Below, in pieces: positions 49,571 to 59,862 of a stretch of DNA of 64,000 bases (its first letter is position 1; each line of letters starts with the position of its first letter). The stretch covers positions 186,001 to 250,000 of the forward strand of contig MU005961.1 of NCBI GenBank assembly GCA_010093745.1, read 5' to 3'. The stretch comes from Piedraia hortae CBS 480.64 (lineage: Eukaryota). The translations under genes were made by a program, and so were the position numbers. The notes beneath the pieces were generated by a model. That model worked only from the letters and a program-made list of their open reading frames with translations. It searched no databases and was not told the DNA's origin.

Positions 49571-51372
49571 ATGCGCGTCTCTGCCCATGGCGGTTTGATG
49601 CAGAAGCTCTCCGTCCCCGGGGCAAAATGGCGCAACGAAGATCTAGAGCCTACGCCGCCTGAGCGACGAACCTGGCAGTGGTGGAACTGTACGTCCGTCC
49701 CGGTATCGTTATCGTCCTCTAATTTGTAGATGCCATTTTCTACTGGGGCTTGTCCTTTGGCAATTGGACATTGGGCTCGACGATGATAGGGATTGGGCTC
49801 AATTGGTGGCAGTCCATTCTTACAATCTTTATTTCTCAGCTCGTCAGTTCCATTGCCATGCTATTCAATAGTCGTTGTGCCAGCGTCTACCATGTGGGAT
49901 ATCCCATAGTGGGAAGATCTGTCTTTGGCATGTACGGCTCATATTACTTTGTTGGCGTATGCCGTTTTTACCCCTGGTGTCTGCTTCCATCTGACGAAAT
50001 AGGTTCGAGCTCTACTCGCAGTCATCTGGTACGGCGTTCAGCTCTATACCGGCTCTGCTCTTTTAGCCAACATGCTCCGAGCCGTCTTCGGTCATCATTA
50101 TACCGGCATTCCGAATCATATTCCTGCCTCGATTGGCATCACCAGCGCTGGCATGCTGGCCTTTTTTCTGTTCTGGCTTATCCACCTCCCTTTGACGTTT
50201 TTCCGGCCCCACCGATTGAGAAGATTCTTTTGGTTCAAGGCAATAGTCATGCTGCCAGCCATTCTAGGTCTCTTCATCTTTTGCATGGCAACCACTGATG
50301 GGCGCATTGGACTACGAAGCTTAAAAAACACGTCAAAGGCCCAGAATAATGGCTGGGGCTGGTTCTTCATCTATTCCATAAATGCTGGCATGGGTATGTG
50401 GGATTCTTACTCGATCGGACCAGCTAATGATTAGGCAATACTGCCACCTTGATTACAAACCAGCCAGACATCGCTCGTTGGTCCAAAACGAAAATGGCTC
50501 CCATGTGGTCTCAGCTCCTTTCCAATCCTATTGCAGTAACGTTCTCAGCCAGCCTAGGAATTATCTCTACGGCCGCCACCAATAATGTGTGGGGGACAAC
50601 TTTATGGTAGGCATCGTTGCTACAAACTCGGGTATCACGGCTAATTACTAGGAATCAATGGGAACTCCTTGATGCTATTCTTGATCGACATTGGACCGCA
50701 GGCGGCCGCACGGGTGTCTTTTTTGCCGCTGCTGGTTGGAGCGTCAGCATCCTCGGGACAAACGTCGCAGCCAATATGATTCCCTTTGGAGCAGATTCCT
50801 CCGTGCTGTTTCCTCGCTTCATCGATATCCCGCGTGGCCAGCTCCTGGTTGAGCTTCTTGGCTTTGCCATCTGCCCGTGGAAGATTCTTGCGAGCGCTAG
50901 TACTTTTACCACATTTCTCGGAGGCTATGGCTTGTTTATGGCCAGCGTCACTGCAATCATGGTCTGCGACTATTGGTGTCTGACTCGTGGCAACATTTTC
51001 CTGGAACACCTCTATACCGCCAAGCCAAATCCGCACTATAGATACCTTGGAGGTGTGAATATCCAAGCCATCATTGCGTACATCGTTGGTATCGCCATGC
51101 CCTTCCCCGGATTTGTTGGAACTCTTGGACCAAAAGTAAGTTCTGCTGCGCAGAAACTCGGTCAGCTTGGATGGATGCTTTCTTTTGTCTCCTCGTTCGT
51201 TGTGTATTACATCTTATGCCGTATTTGGCCGACAAAAAATCAGAAGATTATCAAGCAGTCGGGCTATTCATGGGAAGAAATGAGCAAGAGGGAGCTGCCG
51301 ATGGGGGCCGCACTGGATAATAATTGGAAGGACTATGATTCACAGGTCAGGATCATGCAAAAGTGTTCATGA
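49571..51372 (+). CDS. NCS1-family nucleobase/allantoin permease
   Basis: NEDLEPTPPERRTW, RSVFG..G, NQPDIARWS, NVAAN..PFGAD, ICPWKIL; multiple TM segments; about 4 short introns. Confidence 0.9.
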
Positions 51373-52743
51373 AATAACGAATAATGTTAAACACTAGAAT
51401 AATTATGTTCATGTGTAACAGCTTCTTTGCTGTTTGGATGATTGTGTGGGATAAAATCTTCTATCATTCGAGCACTCTTGTCGGAAGGGTGAATCTCCGA
51501 GGACTAAAGGGGAGCGGATATCGACCACAAAAATTTTCACTCAACTTTTACCGAAAATGCGAACGTAGATGTCTGTCTATATGAGGTGAGGTTCGAAACC
51601 TTCCCCACACTACCTCAGTCTAACCGCATTCGCCAGGACAACGTCAGCGAACCATGCCCTTAAGCATGAACGAGACAATAACCCGTCCCAGGGAAAACTT
51701 CCTCTATAGAGGTAAAAATCCTGAGAAGTTTCGACTTCTATCTACAGTTGTGGTCATGGTAGGTGCCACATCCTTCTGACAACTCTTCTCACGGCTTCCC
51801 CGGTGTCTGGTGTGGTGTTGTCACATATATTCAAGCCATGAAGATAAATGAACCGTGGATAGATCAGATATGTATGGATCCTCGTATCTTTCCACCCCGT
51901 TGCTCCCGGGTGTGTCCCTCAGATCTCCTCAAAATTTGCATGTCTCGACGTATTCTATCGAGTCAAACGCCCTTGCAGGGGCCTTGAATGGGGCGTCCTA
52001 TATCATCAGTTCGCACATATGAGAACAACGCATGTCAATCACCTTGTCTTCGGGCTGATTACGTTCAACCTTCTAATTCTGATCGGGTTGGAATACCATT
52101 ATAATGTCTTGGTTCGATGGCGAATCAGATTGTTGGCCTCACGAAATATTTATCCAATTGCATCCAACTAGGAAGACTATTGCGAACCAAAAAAAAACTG
52201 GTGAGCATTATTTGGTTCCACTTGGGAACACTTCATACAACATACATGACCTTGAAATTATTCATTTGCATGAACTATTGTTATACGTACAGTAGCCAGA
52301 CCACATCCGAGAGAACTATACACTATTAATACCGGTAAAAGCTCTACAAAGTGGCTATAAGCTAACCCCGCCATCACCCAAGGAGTTTTATCTACAGGAC
52401 CGAAACTAATGTTTGGCTCGTTGATCATCCAAAGACTGATTTCGATTCCATGTATCCTTCTTTCATCTTCCTTCGGAAGAAAGATCATTGACATAGCTCC
52501 CAAATTACTTTCCATGATCGATAGGCACCTCTTACGCTCGTTACATATATTCAATCGGTCGCAGAAATCCAAGTGCTAATTTCAAAAAAAGCCCAACCAG
52601 TATCACCAGCTCGTCGTGCTGTACGCTACAATCGATTCGAAGAGTATGACCACGCTAGAAAGCAGGTCTGTCTTGTGCACTCTCTTTCGAGACAATAAGC
52701 CGTAGGATATGTTTGTATACCTTCATCAAATAGGCATGAAATT

Positions 52744-52824
52744 GCCTCTGTGGTCTAGTGGTATGACGTGTCCTTCACAAGATGAGTACGGACAAGGTCC
52801 CGGGTTCGATACCCGGCGGGGGTA
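52744..52824 (+). tRNA. tRNA-Val(CAC) with a 9-nt intron (52780-52788)
   Basis: Acceptor GCCTCTG/CGGGGGT, A-box TGGTCTAGTGG, anticodon stem TGTCC/GGACA with loop TT-CAC-A|C, T-arm CCGGG-TTCGATA-CCCGG, discriminator A. Confidence 0.93.
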
Positions 52825-52828
52825 CACC

Positions 52829-52833
52829 TTTTT
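52829..52833 (+). terminator. Pol III T-run terminator
   Basis: TTTTT four nt after the tRNA 3' end. Confidence 0.75.
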
Positions 52834-53038
52834 GCAACTATGAGAGTCTTATAAAGCATTGAACCACTCTTCTCAATTTTTTTTTTTGCTGTGGTAAAAA
52901 AGTTAGAATAGGTGGTATGCCTTCAGCACCTTCCAGATTAGGCTTACTGCACCTAGTTAAACCGGCAAAATCGCGGCAGAACCTAATTCGCGCCAAGGCG
53001 CGTCGCGTCAGCTTGTCACTCTTCTCAAGTAAACCAAC

Positions 53039-54541
53039 ATGTTCACACCAAAGGCACAGCCTCGAATAGATTCAAAACGCCGTGCAGTCTTGGACCCTCG
53101 GAAACGGCAGTTTGCCAAGGCACCATGGGTTGAATCAGACTACAGCCACCGTATGAACTTTTATCTAATCCCACCTACTGGAGACGTGAGCTTGGAAGAC
53201 TTTGAAGAATGGGCCATTGCTCGGCTAAAGGTTCTTGCCGAACTTGAAGCCTGTCAGTTTCGGAACAAGTCGGCAGCAGAAACCGAGGAACACATGCGTC
53301 CGGTGTTGGAGAGGCATATGCGGCTCAGCAGTAACATGAGCCGCAGCGGGGACCGCGATTGGGAGAGGAAGAAGGACCACTACTCTCATTGGACCCTGAG
53401 ACTGGCATTTAGCTCCACTGCCGAGCTGCGACAGAGATTCGCGAGGTTGGAGACGCAGCTCTTCCGCCTAAGGCTGGGTCAGGACGATGGGAGGGAGCGC
53501 AAGGCCTTCATCGATAGCCTGTCCATGAACTGGGCGCTCGTGGACGAGAGCGAAAAGGCCAGTCTGGTCGACGAACTAAAGGCGGCTACGGGATGGCACC
53601 GAGGTGAGGAGGAGAATTGGTTCAAGACCGAATGGGAAAAGGTGTCCGACCTAGTTGAACGCCGCCAGTGTCTGCTGAAGATGGGCCAGGCCTACGTGCA
53701 TGTTCGGGAGCAGCAGGGCATGGTGGTGCAGGAGTTTGGCCGCCAGCTGGAGTCAGCGCTCACGATGAGTGCGCGCTTCCTCCCACAGCTGGACGAGGAC
53801 AACCGTGTGTTACCCATCTTGCACCATCTCAGCCAGAGTTTCGTTGCCCCGGATGCTGGCTACAACGAGAGCTCGAGCATAGGAGACTTGACGGTGCCAA
53901 CGGCCGCATCGATTGACGCACTGAGCGTGCATTTTCCTTTGTGCATGCGGCAGCTACACATGGAGCTACGACGGAACGGTCACTTGAAGCACTTCGGGCG
54001 ACTGCAATACACGCTTTTCCTCAAAGGGATCGGTCTGAGCCTGCCAGAGTGCATTATATTCTGGCGCAAAAGCTTCCGCAACTTGACTGATGAGAAATTT
54101 AAGTCCGAGTACCTCTATAACGTGCGTCACGCGTACGGCGACGTGGGAGGGGACGCCAACAGACGCTCAAAGGGCGCCACACCTTACTCGTGCCAGAAAC
54201 TCCTCACTGAGGCCCTTCCCTCAGGCGGCCAATCACACGGCTGTCCCTACCGCACCCACGGAGCAGATAATCTCATGGCCCTCTTGCAATCCACTGGCGT
54301 CACCGACAAGTCCCTGCTGCAAGCTGTGCAGGAGGACGTGGGCAAGCAGCGCTACCACATTGCCTGCAACCGTGTCTTTGAACACACCCACAAGGCCCAG
54401 CTCAAGCGCGTCAAGGATCAGAACCTTTGGCCTGCCAGCGAACTGGATACCATTCTCCACCCAAATACTTACTTTAAACGTGCGTTCATGTTGAGTAACC
54501 TGGACAAATTCAAAAGCGGGGATATTGGAGTTGATGGTTGA
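53039..54541 (+). CDS. PRI2: DNA primase large subunit
   Basis: KDHYSHWTLRLAF, FPLCM, HLKHFGRLQYTLFLKGIG, YNVRHAYG, PYSC, HGCPY, IAC (Fe-S cysteines), HPNTYF. Confidence 0.97.
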   Translation: MFTPKAQPRIDSKRRAVLDPRKRQFAKAPWVESDYSHRMNFYLIPPTGDVSLEDFEEWAIARLKVLAELEACQFRNKSAAETEEHMRPVLERHMRLSSNMSRSGDRDWERKKDHYSHWTLRLAFSSTAELRQRFARLETQLFRLRLGQDDGRERKAFIDSLSMNWALVDESEKASLVDELKAATGWHRGEEENWFKTEWEKVSDLVERRQCLLKMGQAYVHVREQQGMVVQEFGRQLESALTMSARFLPQLDEDNRVLPILHHLSQSFVAPDAGYNESSSIGDLTVPTAASIDALSVHFPLCMRQLHMELRRNGHLKHFGRLQYTLFLKGIGLSLPECIIFWRKSFRNLTDEKFKSEYLYNVRHAYGDVGGDANRRSKGATPYSCQKLLTEALPSGGQSHGCPYRTHGADNLMALLQSTGVTDKSLLQAVQEDVGKQRYHIACNRVFEHTHKAQLKRVKDQNLWPASELDTILHPNTYFKRAFMLSNLDKFKSGDIGVDG

Positions 54542-54891
54542 ATTGCCAGTTCACTGACGCATGTGATGAAATCGATGAATTTGACGGGCAGGTTGTCCGT
54601 GAGAGACAGGCGACTCATGTAAATGTCTCTTTTGCCATCGACCTATTTGGATGCCATAAGCATAATCAATGGCCGCCATGAATGCACGACTGAACGATCC
54701 ATGGAACTAACCAGCAACTTGACCGTTGGTTGGTATAGGGGCGTCAGCATCGATGTGACGAGCTAGAGACCATAATACCAGGTAAAGCAGGCCAATCCTC
54801 CAGTAGAGATTTGGAGCCTGGTTTAGACAATTATGTACGGTTGACTAATGCCTCCCATTATAACTTTCATCTATCCTATTTAATTTTCCAG

Positions 54892-56642
54892 TTACTCACC
54901 AGGCCCTCTTTCCTTCCGCAGTCGTTCTAACTTTTGCTGAAGCAAAAGTTCGTTGGCTTGCAGCTTGCGGATGTACACATTAGCCTGCTCTATGGTTGCA
55001 GCTTTGCTGCTACTTGACCTTGTTTCGCCATCTGCGGCACCGTCCGGACCACCAAGATTGGGCGAATCTGCTACGGCTTTGGGAAGCAACGCCTGCATTT
55101 CCCGAAGAGCCTCATTCATCCGATCTCTTCGCCCTTGCTCTGCCAACTTGTGCGACGCCCGTTTCGACGTCAACCCTACCGACAGTGCATCTGGGTAATT
55201 CACCCCCGGTACGTGGTTGCCTTCGACAATGTTCTGATAGTTTGATTTTGAGGCCAAGAGGGCCTGGGTTGAGGCATTGGCTACATTTGACCAGATATTA
55301 ACTTACGTCTCAAAAGTGAAAAAAAAAGGGTTGACTGGATATACTTACAGCCCTGGGGAAGATTGGGTTTTATATTGGGACTGATGCGGGCGCGGATTGC
55401 AGGAGATGCTCCCGAGTTGCGTTTCTTGCTGCGACCGCTTTTGGTTTCTTTCTGCTCCTTTGGCTGAGCCCAGGGTGATGCGGCTGGTAGAGGTGATCCT
55501 GGGATAGAACTCGAGCACGGAGTACTTTGTGGTCCCAATTTAGGGGTTTTACGTGATACAAGCCCATCTGAAAGTTCATTTGACAGAGACCCTGGCGAAG
55601 CAGAGATAATGTTTGAGTTTGTCGCGGGTTCTGGCAGCCGAAAATCATCTATCTCGAGAGGATTGCCAATTGGAGTCACGGCGAGGCTGCTGACTGGATG
55701 AGAAGTATTGCTGTTTGCCAAAAATGATCGAGGCGTTGCGGCAGCAGCCAAACCTCCGTGTTGATGATGCTGTAGTGACGGAGAAATCACAGTACTACCA
55801 GTAAGAACGGGACTTGGGCGAGGCGGAGGTCCCATCAACGGCCGTGCAGCTTCTGGGGCTGCTTCTCCATGCAAGTTTTCAGTGGAGCCTGATGTCAATG
55901 CAGGTGGACCAAGTGAAATCAAAGCGTCCGACTCACCCTCCGCCGGCACGGAATCGATAAGTGTATTAGACTTACGCTTTGGAGCCGTTTTCGCAGTAGG
56001 TTGGAGTCGCTCCTTTGACCCTTGACGCTGCAGACAGTCTTGTTTTCCATCTCCAACATTCAGATCTATTGGTGATATCGCATTGGAGCTTGTTGTCAAA
56101 GCATGCTCCGTGGCATGGTTTGGCTGGTCCCATGGAGAGTCGTTCAGAATACTCGGTGAGAACGGATCGGGTATGGAAAAGTACGGGTCATTCGTCAAGT
56201 CGAACATAGGACTCGTAGTCGGCAATTGGGGTGTTTCCGTAGCAGATTCCAATGGGGAAGTTAACCCAGACTCTTGCTCCAATGCACCAGGCTGCACAGT
56301 TCCAGATGCGCTTGGGAACATCGTTGCGGCATGGATGAGCGCATCGTGTCCCAAAGGCGTTGGTGGCATGTGATCATTGTCAAAGTATTCAGATGGCCGT
56401 GCACCGTCTTGACTCTTGGATTTGAGGTCCAAGTAGGCGATACTGGCGTCAAGACCATGTCCGACATCTTTTGGTGGCTTTGAAAGCTCGGGTGTATCAA
56501 GCTCACAAGGCGGGAGCGTACTTTCTTCATCTAGGCACAAGTAGTCCAAGTCGGTGCCTTCTAGCCCTGGCCAATCAGTGAGTCCACCTAGGCCATCGGC
56601 CAGATGTTTTCCTTGTGACCATGTCCAGCAAGACGTGTCCAT
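54892..56642 (-). CDS. bHLH phosphate-acquisition regulator, Pho4/NUC-1/PalcA-like
   Basis: ASKSNYQNIVEG...SKRASHKLAEQGRRDRMNEAL...SKAATIEQA..YI. Intron 55281-55348 joins the two ORFs in frame. Start codon uncertain. Confidence 0.88.
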
Positions 56643-57582
56643 GTCAAGCCCAACTCAAAGGCTCTACTCAAGGACTCTAGAGGGCGTCTTAGCAGTCACC
56701 GCGCAGCTGTACGGGTGGCGTTACAAGAAAAAGGAAACCCCACGTCGTGCCTTAGTGATTGAGAGAAGTCATCTTCATGTCACTTACGGACCGCTCCATG
56801 ACGACCCAGTAGCATAACGTGGGTGTGCAAACGTGAAAATCACACGACAGTTGGTCAAGTTTCTTCATCGGGGAGCACTTTCCACGGATTTCAAATATTT
56901 GCACGCTAGGCTTTTGCCCACCCGATTTCTTCCGCCCTTTGGCGTCTAGAAATTCAGCTGCATACTTTAAAGCTGACACCCCACCCCCACTGTGAACCTT
57001 TGAATTATTGCTAACTTGTAGATTGCGTATACAGTTGTGTGCGAACAATGACCGAGAAGTCGTTCAAGACGTGTCAATGGTTGGTGTATAGGATATGGCA
57101 ACTAATTCTCCGGACGATGTAAACTCTGCAGAGCTGCAATACTGCCGAATCTGGTCATATCAGCGATGCCCTGAAATGTGTCTGCGATTTCGTCAGCAAG
57201 GCTACTTCCTTCAAACGAGCACCATGCATATCTCCCTGTAGCATCGATGCTCCTGGAAGTGAATTGTTCTTTTCCCTTCTAACCTTCTGTGATAGATGCT
57301 GATACTTTAGAATATAACCCTGGACGTGCTTGATGCCTCGCCCGTTGTATTACCATAAGTACGACCGTCCAGAAGAAACTGGCTAGAGCAGGTACTTGTA
57401 CAAAACCTCCACCCAGAACATGTTCCTCCAGCGCATGCGCATTTGATTTGCGAAACCAGAAAGCAATGCGATGCACCCAGGCCCGCGAGTTCGCAGTCAA
57501 CAAGACACCGGAGCGGTGCCAAATTCCCAAAAACGCCTCTCTTGCTTCTATCGACACGGTCGACGACCTGTTGCGTCCACGA

Positions 57583-57959
57583 TTACATGCTTGAGCAGCA
57601 GCCACCTTGCTGTTGCGGTGCATAGGGATCTGCGCCTCGCGGGACCTATTGGGGTCAGTAGTTGGCAATATGGGCGTCGAAGTGCGCACCTGTCCCCAGC
57701 GGCTCGGGACCATAAAATCCCTGGGTTCCTTATCTGTGTATGCAATTAAGCTGAGAGAATGGGTCAGCGCGCAAAAGATTCAGGGCTACAGGAAGAAGAC
57801 ATACTCAGCTGCCGCTTCGGACACGGCTATCCGCCTTCTATTTAAGTCTTCTTGTAATCGCTGGTTCAACTCCGTCAGTCGCCGCAGCTTCAGCTCTGCC
57901 ATGGACTGCTTTTTGCTCCTCCCATTGTCCGTGTTGCGGCTTTCGTACGGCGTCGACAT
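57583..57959 (-). CDS. gpgA: Heterotrimeric G-protein gamma subunit (absent from the ORF track)
   Basis: KKQSMAELKLRRLTELNQRLQEDL...DFMVPSRWG...DPYAPQQQGGCCSSM* (CCaaX). Introns 57751-57804 and 57646-57689; 92 aa. Confidence 0.95.
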
Positions 57960-59862
57960 TTTTCTCTGCTCCGCTTATGGGATAGCTTCGCGGGCGCAGT
58001 GGAGACGTCGTGGGCTTCCCTGGCACAGGACGGGGCGGAAAGGTTCGGGGGAGAGCGGTGGCCTGGTCCCACGCAGCGGCCTTGACCAGTCAACCGCCTA
58101 TTCCTTGGATAACCACAGTCAGAGATCGCGGCGCATTCGTCAGTAAAGGAGGGGAAAGGCACCGATAGGTTGTGGAGCGGCTTGTGTGACCTGTGGCCTG
58201 CCTGTGCGTCTCCGTACCTCCTCAGCGCAAAGCGCCAAGTGGGTCCCCTGCTGACCGGCCTGTAGCTCTGGTACAGCGTGAGCCGCGCACGTGAAGTCTC
58301 GCTGCCGCCGCTGGGACGAGGAGCGGAAGCGAAGAGGTAAGGCCGCGGTGGAGTCGGTAAACGCGTACGAAAGCGAGTGCGTAGGCGGCGGGAAACACGG
58401 ATGCGCCCTGCCCGCCCGGTTGCAGCAGCAGCAACGACAGTAGCAGCAACGGCAACGGCAACAGCAGCAGGAACAACAATGGGTGACGGGCTGAAGGTTC
58501 TAGGAGAGAGAGTTGGCCAGCGCCCTCCCTGAATCTCGGCTAGCGGCTGTTTAATCAATCTTTAGCAGAGCGCAATTGATTGGGCAGACGTGTGCTGATG
58601 CGCGCTCGTTCAATCACTGTTCACGCTGCACTCGGAGTTATTAATAAAATTCTGCTGTTGTGTTCATTGGCTCTCGGCTGTGTTGGCGACCACGTCGCTG
58701 TGCACTACAACTCGGGTCGAACCCACGTGGTTCCGATCCGCAATATTAGCAACTTTGCCCAACTGTGTACTACAATCGTTCTCGTTGTCGTAAGCCAGCT
58801 GGTAAGCCCTGTAATGTGCCACAGCGGTCAATTGGAACATGGAAAGGCCACCGGGCCAGCTTAGTAGCTTCTAGCAGCTGACCTAGGACGATTTCCTATC
58901 GTGCCAATACTTCTGTCCAGAAAGCTCTGCAGGCCTCAAATGATCCAATGCGCAGATTTGCACCGTAATGCTCACCAACCAGCTACTTATAGTTTCGGCT
59001 TTTGCTGGGCATGCTGACAACAAAGGGACCCTGAGACATGGCTCACCCAGATTCATCAATGCCCCGAGTGTACTGCCCTAGTTTGACCACAGTCGTCTAG
59101 ATAAGACAACAGCAATATCAGAATAATCGTGATTAGTAGGTTGTGCCTTGCCGTCCCTTACATCTCGATTCACTGCACACCAGATTGCGGGTGTAGACAC
59201 CGAGGCCCTGCTATGGGGAGAGATGGCGTGTCGATTTTGGTGGTGAAAAAGGAAAACAGGAGCATGCCTCACTTGTCAGACTGCTGATGAACAAATATGC
59301 AAAGCTACATAGTTTTGTATATTTCGGTCCGTAGTATGTATTAGAGACCGACGACTAGTTCAACGTTGGCCTTATCATATGACCTCTTGCTCAGTGCTAT
59401 CAGCTTACAGTTGACAACTGGGACCAAGGCCAGCCACGGCGCATTTGTATGCCATCAGTAGTATTTATTCCCCATCTTATTTAGTTGCATACGTCAAGTT
59501 GCCAGCACTCTCCATCTCGCCCTGCCGGCCGTGGAAATGCCATTCTTACAAAACATGCTTTGGTCGCAGCAGTATTTACAGTGAGTCAAACCAACGCACC
59601 TGAAGACTTATACTAGACTGGAAGAAGGAGTTCTCTCGAGTGACTTTTTGAATTTACTGGCAGGGAGTTGGTGATTGCACGAGGACCGGCCCGCGCCGGG
59701 ACAGTGTGCCAAGCCCAGCGAGCACGGTCCACGTACGCCAAACCCTTCAGCCCAACGACAAGAGAGCGCGCAACACATCGTGCAACAGTGACATTGCGAG
59801 CAAGGTACATTGATCGACAGTTTAATTCTCCAGGCTAGCCTCTCCAAAGGCAGTCTCCCAGC

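Noticed and set aside
52773..52779. Reading the tRNA anticodon as TCA (Sec or opal suppressor)
   Set aside because: The TGTCC/GGACA stem fixes the register at CAC, and there is no long variable arm.
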